Shown: positions 48,986 through 61,386, counted from the stretch's first letter. The stretch: 64,000 nt of DNA from Octopus sinensis (GCF_006345805.1 NC_043012.1:17980001-18044000), one strand, 5' to 3'. Notes: generated by a model from the sequence alone, not told the origin. Program-made: numbers and translations.

Positions 48986-49722
48986 GCTAAAGATTATTTT
49001 CTACTCTAGGCACAGTGCTCGAGATTTTGGGGGAGGGGGTAGTCGATTAGATCGACCTCAGTATGCACAGTATGCAACTGATACTTAATTTATCCATATC
49101 GAAAGGATTAAATGCAAAGCTGACCTCGGCGGAATGTGAACTCAGAACGTAAAGGCAGATGAAATAAAACAATCGCTATCATTCTTTTCTTCGTTTTGCA
49201 TAAGGCCCAACATTTTGAGTGAGGGGCGCATTCGATTAGATCGACTCCAGTACGCGACTGGTACTTAACTTATCGACCCCGCAAGGATGAAAAGCAAAGT
49301 CGACCTGGGCGGAATTTGAACTCAGAACTTAAAAACAGACGAAATATAACAATCAGTAATATTTTTTCTACTCTAAGCGCAAAGCCCGAAGTTTTGGAGG
49401 AGGGGGGTCAGTCGATTAGATCGACCCGAGTACGAAACTGGTACATAACTTAAAGAGCCCGAAATGGTGAAAAGCAAACTCGACCTCGGCGGAATTTGAA
49501 CTCAGAACTTAAAAACAGACGAAATATAACAATCAGTAATATTTTTTCTACTCTAGGCGCAAAGCCCGACATTTTGGGGGAGGTGGGGGGCAGTCGATAA
49601 GATCGATCCGAGTACGAAACTGGTGCATAACTTAAAGAGCCCGAAATGATGAAAAGTAAAGTCGAATTCGGCGGAATTTGAACTCCGGACGTAAAGACAG
49701 ACGGAACATAACAATCAGTAAT
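48986..49722 (-). repeat. Tandem array of four ~180-bp units derived from a headless SINE
   Basis: The CTCAGAAC/CTCCGGAC anchor lies at 49141, 49321, 49501 and 49683. Each unit ends at ..GACGAAATA and is followed by a TAACAATCAGTAATA-type spacer. Confidence 0.92.
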
Positions 49723-49740
49723 ATTTTTCATAAGTATTGC

Positions 49741-49955
49741 GGCGAGCTAGCAGAATTGTTACCGTGCCGGGAAAAAAATGCTTAGCGGTATTTCATCCGT
49801 CTTTACGTTCTTTGTTCAAATTCCGCTGAGATCAACTTTGCCGTTAAATTTCCGAGGTCGATAAAATAAGGTCCAGTTGAGCTCTGGGGGTGATATACTC
49901 GACTAACCGCTCCCTCCGAATATGCTGGCCTTATGACTAGATTTGAGACTAATAT
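49741..49955 (+). mobile_element. tRNA-SINE (family C), full length
   Basis: GGCGAGCTAGCAGAATTGTTACC head, GTTCAAATTCC B box, body antisense to the array units. Confidence 0.82.
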
Positions 49956-50144
49956 TCCTCATAAATCATGATTGTACATTTACCCAAAAGTATAAATAAA
50001 TTGGATGAGAAAATTAGTCTTGCCGTTACAGGAACTTGAAAAATCTAAGGTGTACAAATTTTGAAAATTATACGAATTTTCACCGATTAGATACCGTTGA
50101 ATTAAAATTGAATTCAGATGGTTGAGTGAGCTTTGTAAATATTG

Positions 50145-50345
50145 GTTCCAAATATTGGCAGAACATTCGGGTGAGGGGTAGCCGATTTCATCCACCCTGG
50201 TGCTCAACTGGTCCTTAATTTATTGTCTCTGAAAGGATGAAAGGTAAGGTCGACATCGGCGGAATTTGAGCTTAAAACGCAAAGACGGACGAAATGCCAC
50301 TAAGCATTTTGTCCGGCGCGGTAACAATTCTGCTAGCCAGCCGCC
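50145..50345 (-). mobile_element. tRNA-SINE (family C), full length, inverted relative to 49741-49955
   Basis: Minus-strand head GGCGGCTGGCTAGCAGAATTGTTACC; body homologous to the plus copy. Confidence 0.82.
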
Positions 50346-51015
50346 ATATTTTCGAATGATTTTTGGAATTGTTAACTACGATATATGCGTGGTACTGTTT
50401 TCACATTTCCAATAAGTGATGAATCAGCTAATTTAATTCTAGCTTAGAAAGAACAATTTATCATTTTTTTTATTGTTACTGAAACATTTCTAGTGTTGTT
50501 TTGCTTTTCATTTGTGACAGCATGAATTTGATGAAAACCGTGACAAGTGGAACTTAACACGAATATTTATAATTGTTGTAAATACAAACGAGTAGAAAAT
50601 TGCACCATGGGGAAAATATTCCTCCAATATTATCCAAATGATGTCGGTATTATGTTTACAATTCATCCAAGACGAGGACCCCACGCAATGCGTCGCCTAC
50701 AAAGGTCGTGATCAGATCACACAAGAACATTGCGACACAATTTCTTCAGTGCAAATAGTCCTGTTGTTTTTTCAATGTTATTCCGAAAGAAATTAAAGTA
50801 GAAAGAAACCCTACAACTTTCAAAAGGTACCTAAACAATTTATCCAGGAAATAGTGGATAAACCCTTTACTCCTGGATATGTCTCCACCACCAACAACTC
50901 TCTGCTTGAGTGGTCCATGTTGTCCCGAAATAATTAGCTAAAAAGACTTTTCCAAGTGGTGCCATTGAGTTAATCATGGCCTGGGCCGATAATGGCCAAA
51001 ACCTAAGTTTGTAGG

Positions 51016-51103
<88 letters not shown>

Positions 51104-53935
51104 TAACAAAGTATATATATATTCATAGTGTAACAAAGCAGGAAATTACATATGCATAAACACTTGACAGTCAAATGAAACACATTTTTGACATTACTTG
51201 GTATTGATCAACCTACGTGCACTCAGCGCAGATCAGGAGATTAGTTTATACATCAGTGTTGTTCTCTAAATATAAGTTCTGCGGGGCAAAGGAACAAATA
51301 AGTTAATTCTCTAAATGAATATATATTTCATGCTCTTAAAACTTACACTTTGTGACCGAAACCACTGGAGATTTACTTCATGTATGACAACTAAGAAATG
51401 ATAATTATTCCAGCTAAGGTACAATGATAAGTTGGTATTTCGTACACTTCTGCCAACATTAAAGTAATCTATAGTTAAGTTGCTTAACTCTCTACGAGCA
51501 ATGTTAACTTTATATAACATTAGATTACATTTTCCATCACCATTTAACATAGTGACAGCAAAATATTACAAATGAGTGTTTCATCATAGCGCATCGTTTG
51601 TACTCCAGTATGTTTGTTGACAGAACTAGTAACATCATCTGACTGCAATATTTATAAAGACATGTCTTTGGTATTTATACATCAACAGGCCAATAGGATT
51701 ATTGGGTTATTTAAAATTTTAGCTTTGGTGCCGTCATGGCCGTGTATAATCACTGCTCGTAGAAAAGCAATGGAATCTTAGTCTGAGACATGATATTGGA
51801 AAGGCCAAAGATTGAAGTTGAAAATGTATAGACTGCCACAGTCAATTACAGTAGATATCACTAAGAATTAGTTTTTACTGGTAAAAATATTAAACATTTT
51901 ATTATTAATTCAGAATTTTTGTATATATGTACCGAAAAACTGAGGAAAATTTGTAAGTTATTAGTTTAATATCAACCCTCCTGAGAAAGAGTAGCTTTGA
52001 AAGGTAGCTTTACTTCTGCATGTAACTAAATTATAACTCTCAGTAGCAACTAATAGATTTGTAAAAGCAACATAGCGTCCTAAATTCATAAGTGACATTC
52101 TGGAGATGAACTGTTATCGAATACTCCAATAATACCCAAGTATACTACTGCTAGAAAGAGAGAAAGAGAGAAATTTATTAGCAAAAGACAAGAGGTGCTA
52201 ATGCAATTCATACAGTGATAAATATGTGATTGTTTGATACTAGAACACAGTGTATCTAAAGCAAATAAATATATACCTGAAAACATAGAGCTTTGTATTA
52301 ACACAAAAATAACCGATAAAATAAAGACAAACGCTGGTAAATAGTTTTCTTACGCACAGCAAACTATTGTTGCAAAGCGAAATTATTTTAGCAGCTTCGG
52401 TATTTATTTTGCACTACTTGGAGTAAATCAAAGCTGAGATGGGGTTTCAATTCTAATAGTATGACTCCAAATTATATTCAGTCCTTATATCATCTCCAGA
52501 GTTACTGTTATAAAAAAGTCTGAAGGATAGAAAGAAAGAAAACTGCAAATGTTAATGATTAGGCATAAGAGAATGTTCCTCGCTACAAACGTGATAAAGT
52601 TAAAAATAAAATTCTCAACCTCTCCTTGAGAATATTTGACCTAAATTGCGTAAAAGCTTTAAGTCAAGGATGAAGCATTTTACTAGCATATTTAATACAA
52701 TTCCGATCGTGGTCAATCACATAGCTAATGTCGATTCACATTAGTCTCATGTTTTCAGGTATTCCATATGAATTCGAAGTCTACGAGCCGTGAACACAAA
52801 CTCAGGTAGAAAAATAAATATAAATACACAGTAGACAGTCTTTTGAGTAGTGTCAAGGTTTAAGTCAACTTTGAAAGAGATATGAATTCTCTATTGAAAA
52901 TATTTCAGCATTTTTTTTGCTGGTGTATTTGGAGATGAATGGCAAAATCGACACCAAGGGATTTTGAACTGAAAGTAGTAATTCACTAAACTACAAACCG
53001 TAAAAACATCAATATTCATTTTCTATTATCTTGACCTTCTTTGCTGTCCTACATGGAAAGAAATAAAATTATCGATATGTGCGTATGTGTGCGAATATGC
53101 ATGTATGCGTAATGCTTGTGTGATTTACTGTAAAATTCCATATATGTTCACTCCATATGTTTTGGTTTTTATTTTGTCATGGGTAAAACACGAAGATATC
53201 TGATTATTGAATAAGCTATGTAGTAATGCATGTATGCTGTCAGATAACATTTCTATATTGGTGCTTCTTTTTGAAGAATAATGGTCTGAATATTCGAATC
53301 TTGCATCCATTTCAATCTTTATTGAGTCCTTTCATCTGAAATACTTGGCGCTTTGGGCAGCTATGGTAATGTTAGCGATGTGATGAGCGGCTTCTGACAG
53401 CTAGCTCTTATGGACCGAATATAGCATATTTAATACAAATCAAGTAGGAGATTAGCACTTTCCATTGATATAAATAGAATTGATAGTGAAAAGCTTACGC
53501 GTGAATTTCCAAACTAAAAGCACAAAACACGGAAAAAAGGAAGTGACTATTAATAGAAATTATGTTTACTGGCCTTGGAAGTTTGTGGCATTGAAAGGTA
53601 ACTGAACTGGTTTCAATATCGACATTTTCTAACATAACTTTATCTACTGAGTTCAGGTTTAATATGAGGGGAATGTACACACCTCTAGAGTGTAGACTTG
53701 AGCCTATGTTACAAATAATAATTATTCAGCGGATTGGTCGTCGAATTGAAGAGAGGTGGCGAATAAAATGCATTTATAGGCTTACATTTATTCTATGAGT
53801 TCAAATCTCACCAATTTCGCCCTGCAACACTCAGGGTTCGATACAATGAAGTACGAGTAAAGTGTGGCGATCAGTGACGTCGGATGATAACTCAGCTGCG
53901 CAATTAAGGCTTAGTAGATATATGTACGATTAATA

Positions 53936-54509
53936 TTGGGTTGTCTAGAAAGTTCGTGCCGATTTATAGTAGCTTACCTTTCGACTTATTTTAGAACATG
54001 TTTGAGTCCATAAAATATGATTTGACTACATCTCCATTTAGAGCACAGTTTAAGATATCTTTTCGTGGAAGAAGGTTTATGTTCCTATAACCTGTGTTAA
54101 TTCTGTAATCCTTTAAAATGGAAGATAAGAAGCTTCATTTTGGGCACTTGATGCTTTTCTTTTTCCCTTAACGGAAAAATGCCTCACAAGCAAACAAAGA
54201 AATATACGCAGTTTGCGGTGCTGTTTCTTTATCCGAAAGAACTGTACGGAAGTGGTTCGCACGGTCCCGAACTGGAGATTGTAGCCTTAATGAAAAAGAG
54301 CGATCAGGCAGACCATCCACTACAGATGATGACCAAATCAAGTCATTAATTGAGAATAACCCACATTACACAACCCAAGAATTGGCAGAAAGCCTCAACC
54401 TATCAGAATCCGTCGTTCATGAGCACCTGGTAAAGCTTGGGTAATGGCAAATATTTATTGACCTTTTTCTATCACTTAAAAATCGGCACGAACTTTCCGG
54501 ACATCCCAA
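53936..54509 (+). mobile_element. Internally deleted mariner (574 bp) with both TIRs and TA TSD
   Basis: TIRs TTGGGTTGTCTAGAAAGTTCGTGCCGATTT and its reverse complement at 54480-54509 match at 27/30; TA at 53934-53935 and 54510-54511. ORF remnant 54118-54444 reads MEDKKLHFGHLML..ERTVRKWFAR..ERSGRPSTTDDDQIKSLIENNPHYTTQELAESLN; the catalytic domain is deleted. Confidence 0.93.
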
Positions 54510-55519
54510 TACTAATGAAGTAGGATTGGCAGAATGGTTAAACCATCTGAAATGTGTCTTGTATTTATCTTCTCCTTTTGCATTCGGATTTCAAATTTTG
54601 TTGTGGTCATGTTTGCATTTCATCGTTCCGTGTTTGGTAAAATAAAGTACCAGACACGTATTGCGTAAACCACTCAAATATGTAGGCCTCGTTCCTCAAT
54701 CTCAAATCTATGATAGCTTCCAATCTTCGACACTGAAAGATGTCGAAGGTCGAAGTTCAGATAAAATGTTAAGGTCGAAGTTCAGATAAAATTTTAAAAC
54801 ATCCAAAATTATTGGTGATCATTCTGATCACCCGCATAAACTCGCAGGTGCTGACAGTAAGTCGGGATATGAATGAAAACGTATGTCCAAAGGAGCATAA
54901 CAACTTCAGATACCACTTTCATGACACACATGTGTTGCAGTTTCCAAAATTAGCAAGCCGCTGGACACGTGTCGGAGATGGTGGAATTATAAAAATGTGT
55001 AAGAATGCCCCCAACAAGTACGGGGAATTCCAGCAAATGGTAAAGTAGAAAGAGTGAGGTGGATGAGGGCAAACTCGAAGCCCAAACTGAAACAAATTCC
55101 ATGGTCTTTCAAAGAACACAGGAGAATATTATAAATGAAAGAAAAAAAATACTCGTATGAGGCAGAGGTAATGGGAAATCGTTTAGAGCTGAAATACAAA
55201 ACATCCAATGATAAACTTTCAGTGAAAACAACAGCAGCATACAATCAAATATAAAGGCAGTATCATCTAGAAGATATGGTAATTTACTTTTCAATTTCTA
55301 CGTAAAATATGGTAGCAAGTGCCTTTAGTTCCAGTAGAGAGATTGTGGGTGATTTGAAAAGGATATGGAATTTACAAACTGATTCTCAGTGGTTGACGTC
55401 CCCACTAACGTAGATGTCTTAAGTTATGGTTTAATTTTTGCTTTTATTTATTTTCTCCACACCGTTGTTTGTACACACATTTTTAAATCCTGTTCTTTGT
55501 ATTACCGATTTATATGTAA

Positions 55520-56035
55520 CTAGCAGTATCGCCCGGCGTTGCTCGGGTTTGTAAGGGAAATAACTATATAAGCATTTTTAGAGAGTTACTTCCCTTATAG
55601 ATGCCAATTCGGACTTTCTTAGCCATTTCTGTTTTGGTGTCTTCAAGCCATGAAGTCGTTGTTCTAAAAGAACGCTGGTCTCCTTGACAACGCTTTACGA
55701 CGTTGATTTCCTTACACTCCCTTCCCCACAGCTTCACGAGGGGGGAAGAAGGGGGAGAAGCAACACAGGTGCAGGTGTGACCATGGACGCCAACTCCGCC
55801 GCCATCGACACACGAAAAAATATGCATTAAAATGGAATAAAAAAATGATGTTAAATTATTTTAAAATCGTAGACTCATCATCGTAGACGCGCGCTAATAC
55901 CCAGACGGGCTCGATATGAATCACGACTATAAGTTACCCGAATTTGGTTAAACTGCACCGCAAAATGTGGGAGTAGTTAGGAATCTAAATCGAAGGGGAC
56001 AGACACTCACATAACTACAGTTTTATATATATAGA
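55520..56035 (-). mobile_element. Complete non-autonomous Helitron (516 bp)
   Basis: Minus strand starts A|TCTATATATATAAA at 56035 and ends CCCGAGCAACGCCGGG hairpin, 8 nt, CTAG|T at 55520. This fits the TC...CTAG termini, 3' hairpin and A|T insertion site with no TSD. Confidence 0.85.
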
Positions 56036-57469
56036 TTTATTTCTTACATGACGTTTGTGTAAAGCCTTAACATCAAATTTTGCATAAATAATAAATTGCC
56101 CTTGCATAATAATAGATTATCATTCTACAATGTGAAATATATAATCCCAAATTAAAACGGTTATTGCTAAGTATTATATAATGAAGATAAAGAAAAATCT
56201 CATGTAGAAATAATGTATATATTGGATTTGACTCTGATTTAAACTCAGAAATGCTTGGAGATTTATAAGCAATTTTATTTCTCTCCAAGCGAATTTAGTT
56301 GATGTTTTTCTGTTGAGAAGATGAAACAGGGAAATTCTAATGTCATAGGTTTTGCTATAATTAAGATAATGCAATTCTGAATTCCTTTGGTTAAATTACA
56401 TTCAGCGTGCGATGCGGCGTCAGCATGGGCGATCGTGACAGCGTTAATACCTGAGACATAAACAGTAACAACATTAACAGCCATTGAAATACCATGTTGC
56501 CATTTACCATACTGCAGCTAATATGTCACAGAAGCCTGTTGGCGTTCTTGCTTTCTTTCTTTTTTCCCACTTCCTACATGATCGTATTAGAACACATTTC
56601 ATTCTATACGATCACTTTAACATTGAATCTAAAACGTATAGAAGCCATCTCTTCAGAAGTGATAAAACTCACTCATTCTTCCATAAATTCTTCCTCTCTG
56701 ATCAGTCACCCTTTCTCTTTGGTCTGATATGATAAAAGACTGTTTCCCTACTTGATTCAATAATTTAATTTAGTTTAATTTAGCCAATAGACCATAAAAA
56801 TGAAATTATTGAAGCCTTTTCTGGAGAGTTGCTAATCTAATTATGACCTCCATTTCTCGTGAACTTTTTAAAATTAATGCCAAAGTAACTGTACATAATG
56901 GAATTTTCTATTTGTCTGACCTATTCTCGCTGTTTACAGATTTTTATATATTACTTGAATTTTTTTAATAAGTGAAAACAGGAAGACAGATCCAAGTTGA
57001 TTTTTTCTTAAATGGTAGTAACGAAATTACATTGTGTCCTGACGTACAGAAATATCTAGGTTTAATCATTAGTCTCTAATTTAAAATACTTCGTATTCGA
57101 ATAAACTTACATTAAAACAACAAAATAAATTGACAGGCACGAATGCTAAAATACCACTACTATGAACACATATCGCCGAGTATGTAATTAGATAAAACCG
57201 TTCTGAAAAAACCATTCAAGTTCAATTATATTGTGGCTTAGGTTTTCCAAATACGCTTCCATATAGCAAGTCCCTCTGCATTTATCATACAGAACAAATT
57301 GATAGAATACTGAATGTGAAGAACACAGAATTCTATGTTCTAATTTCAGTTACAAATTGCAGTTTCTTTAGTTTCTTTCAAGTAATTATAGTTGCCGAAT
57401 GATGAAATCAACATCTTAAAGCAATACTGGAGTTTATTGACACTACTAAATAAACAAAACTAGGGACAT

Positions 57470-57745
57470 TCAAGATGGGAAAATTTGGGAACGGAGTGAA
57501 AGATATGATTACAGAAAAAGTTCCGTTGGGCAACACAAATCATCAGTTTCAGAGACAAGAGATGGACCCGTTCAGTTGCCGAGATGTATCCAAGAGATCA
57601 CAAAGGCCTACCTGGCGGCCTCCAAGTCGATGGAACGATGGCAACATGATTTAGTTTGTAGTTAGGCGTTTTGCAACAAAACTAAGAAGAATGTCGCAAT
57701 CAAAGAAGAATTGGAAGTGCCTTAAGATTAATGAGCCTCTGGTCG
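57470..57745 (+). mobile_element. RTE-clade LINE 3' fragment
   Basis: KKFRWATQIISFRDKRWTRSVAEMYPRDHK..G.PPSRWND resembles the RTE C-terminal RWAGH..R..D.RWT..V.EW.PR..KR..GRP..RW.D motif. Confidence 0.7.
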
Positions 57746-57760
57746 ATATATATATACAAG

Positions 57761-57960
57761 AGTAGAAAATGGAGATTTTGAAGATAATAAGAGTATATTA
57801 GCAACAAAAAATCCGTCATTAGTTCTTACATCTGTTTCAATTATAAATAGTGAAATTAATGAAAGTTTAAATTAATTTCATTCTTGCATAAATGAAACAA
57901 CTGCAAGCGATAATGAATGATTTGTTGATAATAATAACATCAAAATCTCCATTTTCTACT
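57761..57960. mobile_element. 200-bp fold-back MITE-like element
   Basis: Perfect 21-bp terminal inverted repeat AGTAGAAAATGGAGATTTTGA (57761-57781 and 57940-57960); imperfect pairing continues to the centre. No TSD identified. Confidence 0.75.
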
Positions 57961-58117
57961 TTTTCTGTTACATGAATACAAAGTACAGTTCATATACAAG
58001 CCTATTACGTTAAGGAAATCTATTGCCCCCAAAATATTAGGTATTGAACCAGTATTTCCTTGGGTAACATCATCCCTTCATGAGGCTAACATGACCTCTG
58101 ATTAAATCTTATATATA

Positions 58118-58335
58118 TAAAAGGTCATCCCGTAAATAATGTTTTTTTTATATTATTTTAATTTCAGAATTAAGATAAACACAGTTATTTCTTCATCTAT
58201 ATTATACTCTACTTTATTTTCTACAATGCCCTTCCAGCTATCTGGTAGATTTTCAAGTTCTCACTTATAAAATTCACTATTCCGTGACGAAAAATACTCC
58301 TCCAGTACCGTTCCCACTTCCTCTGCAGAAATCCT
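58118..58335 (-). mobile_element. Mariner 3' end remnant
   Basis: Minus strand: SAEEVGTVLEEYFSSRNSEFYK*ELENLPDSWKGIVENKVEYNID (mariner C-terminus), then a TIR-like GGTCATCCCGTAAATAATG next to (TA)n. Confidence 0.7.
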
Positions 58336-58436
58336 ATTTTTCCGTTCAGCTTTCGTCTACCAAATCCACTCACAAGGCTTTGGTGGACCCGATATTTGCC
58401 GCGTAGTGGGACTTAACCCGGCACTCCTGCGCCTAT
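58335..58436 (-). mobile_element. SINE family A 5' fragment with internal deletions
   Basis: GTCTACCAAATCCACTCACAAGGCTTTGGT..GTAGTGGGACT..CACTCCTGCGCC. Confidence 0.75.
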
Positions 58437-58499
58437 GGATATCTTTGTAAGAGGTGTGTAGATGCGTAAGCAAATTACGTAATGTGCACATTAATATAT

Positions 58500-58730
<231 letters not shown>

Positions 58731-59635
58731 TACGTTGAGATACGGAATCTTTCTGTATATTTTCCATCTCTCAATTTCCTTTTACAATATATTAATTCCC
58801 TCAAAGTGAGTGACGTAAAATATAAAAATAAAGACAATTTCGCAATATATTTTACGGAAGGCAGTATATGCGATTCTGCGAATTTACAGTACGACGTTCT
58901 AAAACTTTATATTCGTTACTCTCTTGGAGATTGTCTGGTTGTTCATAAACAAATTACAGTAGGCAAAACTGCTCCGATATTCACGTCAACATCTCTGGCC
59001 TATACTACCAAATATTTTTCTTTGTGGTAAAATAATATATTTGAATATGCTACCAACTAAATTTCCTTTAAACCGTTTCAACAAAGCATGCGTTAATAAA
59101 TAAACCGATCATGACAGCACGGGCATGTCTGGAATGTCTCATGTATCATATATGTGGTACACGAGGATATCAAACATCACAAATAACAAATGAGGAAAGA
59201 TCAGTCATGGCATTTATTTCGAGTAGTCAACAGGAAAACATCTATCTATGCTCGATCAATATATGTTATGACATCACAGCATGACCTGTTGTATGATTAT
59301 ACTCTACTGATAACAATAACAACACGTATTAAGAAAGTCGATTTTTCTATAATGATTTTGAACATCGTCACACGATTGCAAATTCTGGAGGCGTGGGTTA
59401 GCAGATTAAATCTACTTCAATATTTGTTTGGTAATTATTTTATAGTTCCTAAGGAAAAAATCGGAACACAAATATGGAAAGTTAAATTCTACAAAAGGTT
59501 TTGTCGAGTACTACTTTCCCCTTCTTTTTCCGTTCCTCGATCCCCATTGTGATTTCTTGCAATATACATCTAGATACCGACAATCTAAAAAATTGCTTTT
59601 ACAAAATTCTTATTCGGGATTTATATACTCTCTCT

Positions 59636-60065
59636 CTTTTACTCTTTTACTTGTTTCAGTCATTTGACTGCGGCCATGCTGGAGCACCGCCTTTAATCGA
59701 GCAACTCGAACCCGGGACTTATTCTTTGTAAGCCCAGTACATATTCTATCGGTCTCTTTTTGCCGAACCACTAAGTTACGGAGACATAAACTCACCAGCA
59801 TCGGTTGTCAAACAATTCTAGGGGGACAAATACAGACACACAAACATACACACAAACTCATATAAATATATATATATACGACGGGCTTCTTTCAGTTTCC
59901 ATCTACCAAATCCACTCACAAGGCTTTGGTCGGCCCGAGGCTATAGTAGAAGACACTTGCCCAAGGTGCCACGCAGTGGGACTGAACCCAGAACCATGTG
60001 GTTGGTAAACAAACTACTTACCACACAGCCACTCCTGCGCCTATTACAGCCACTCCTGCGCCTAT
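59636..60065 (-). mobile_element. Full-length tRNA-SINE (family A) with duplicated 5' end
   Basis: Homologous to 35581-35962; ACAGCCACTCCTGCGCCTAT is repeated at 60025-60044 and 60046-60065. Confidence 0.9.
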
Positions 60066-60759
60066 ATGCATTGATGCATACTTCTTTATGTATATTGTTT
60101 GCCCATGAGAAAACTGTGACCTATCTAAACTATAATCAAAAGATTTGCTGATATGCTTTCCTGTTTAATTAGATTTCCTTAGGGCTACATTACAAAATAT
60201 ATCCTTTCTGTTATAGCCGGAATGTTATTGTAGATGTTTTATTTGACTGCTATTTCCAGCGATCGATGAGACGCGTAGAGAATCGGTGGTTCGAGTTTAA
60301 TTGTTTCTTGCTATTATGCATTGCACGGAATCCATCAAAGCTAAAATAAAAACAAAACTATTTTGTTTTCGGGAGACGAGTGTTTGTAATATGAAAGAAA
60401 TTTAATTTGGTGTGACGAAAAATTTCCCTTATGAATAATTTCAAATTAAATTAATTAATTGTTTTCAAAAATCATGACTCTACTTATGTGACGCATTGGG
60501 AATTTAATATCCAATTCTTAGTTATTTCCATTTATTTGATGTTTTCTAAGTAATTCTGATACACCACTAATTTTTAAAGAAGCTGTGTACATTATATGGT
60601 TAGGTTTCTTGAGTTTTGCGTTTGTTTTAAATTTTTTTTATAGACTTTTTTATAATCATTAAGGAACCGTAAAAAATATAACTGAAATGTTTGACAACAT
60701 TTTAAAATTATTTGTATGTTGATTATCAAATAGTGCGGAATGAAGTCAGTGAACGGTTC

Positions 60760-61060
60760 GTAGATGTTAGTTGGAATAATTTGGTTATTGGTTTCAAATT
60801 CTGGGACAAATCCAGCAATTTTGGGGACGTAGATTACGTACATAAACTCCGAAAGGAAGAAAAGCGAAATTTGAACTCAGAATGTGAAGAATGAAGAGAA
60901 ACGAATGAATGAAGACTAACTAATGAATGAAGACAAACGAATGAATGAAGACAAACGAAGAATGAAGACAAATGAATGAACACAAATGAAGGAACACAAA
61001 CGAAAGTTCGCTAAACATTTTGCTTGGCATACTAACGATTTTGTCAGCTGACTGCCCTAT
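60760..61060 (-). mobile_element. Degenerate SINE (family C) containing an internal ~18-bp minisatellite
   Basis: GAAATTTGAACTCAGAA..[GAATGAATGAAGACAAAC]n at 60887-61004..CGCTAAACATTTTGC..CTAACGATTTTGTCAGCT. Confidence 0.7.
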
Positions 61061-61139
61061 AGAATCCAATAATATTGGCAATAAAGAAAACTAAAACCTT
61101 GAATGTAATGCCATCCATACATCTCTTTTGTTTTTTCTT

Positions 61140-61255
61140 TTATCTTGTTCTTGTTTCAATACTTAGACTGTGGCCATGCTGTTGCCTTGCATTGAGGAAT
61201 TTCAATCGAGCGAAATGAAGCGCTAAGTTACGGAGACGTAAACACACCAACATCA
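61140..61255 (-). mobile_element. SINE family A 3' fragment
   Basis: TTGTTTCAATACTTAGACTGTGGCCATGCTG..GCTAAGTTACGGAGACGTAAACACACCAACATC. Confidence 0.65.
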
Positions 61256-61258
61256 GTA

Positions 61259-61295
<37 letters not shown>

Positions 61296-61348
61296 GAGAC
61301 AGAGAGAGATTGAGACATATGTAAATATTTATGTAAATGTACAGTCTC

Positions 61349-61386
<38 letters not shown>

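Larger units (their letters stand above)
48791..50546. repeat. Long inverted repeat arms (48791-48985 and 50367-50546) enclosing a SINE cluster
   Basis: TTGTCACAGTTTTCATCAAATTCATGCTG..GAAATGTTTCA..TTGTTCTTTCT..ATGTGAAAA..ATCGTAGTTAACAATT on the left matches the reverse complement of the right arm in the same order. Confidence 0.85.

Noticed and set aside
48986-49722. CRISPR-like or tRNA-gene interpretation of the regular arrays and tRNA-like heads
   Set aside because: The context is eukaryotic, the units are SINE-derived without unique spacers, and the tRNA-like heads lack complete cloverleaves and continue into SINE bodies.
54746-54870. 22-bp direct duplication, GGTGATCA/TGATCACC hairpin and a 9-nt CAG|GTGCTGACA|GTAAGT micro-exon pattern
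   Set aside because: Short motifs expected by chance or slippage, and the acceptor lacks a pyrimidine tract.
59190-59552. 120-aa non-repetitive ORF
   Set aside because: No recognisable motif or splice context, background composition, and one or two ORFs of this length are plausible by chance in 64 kb.
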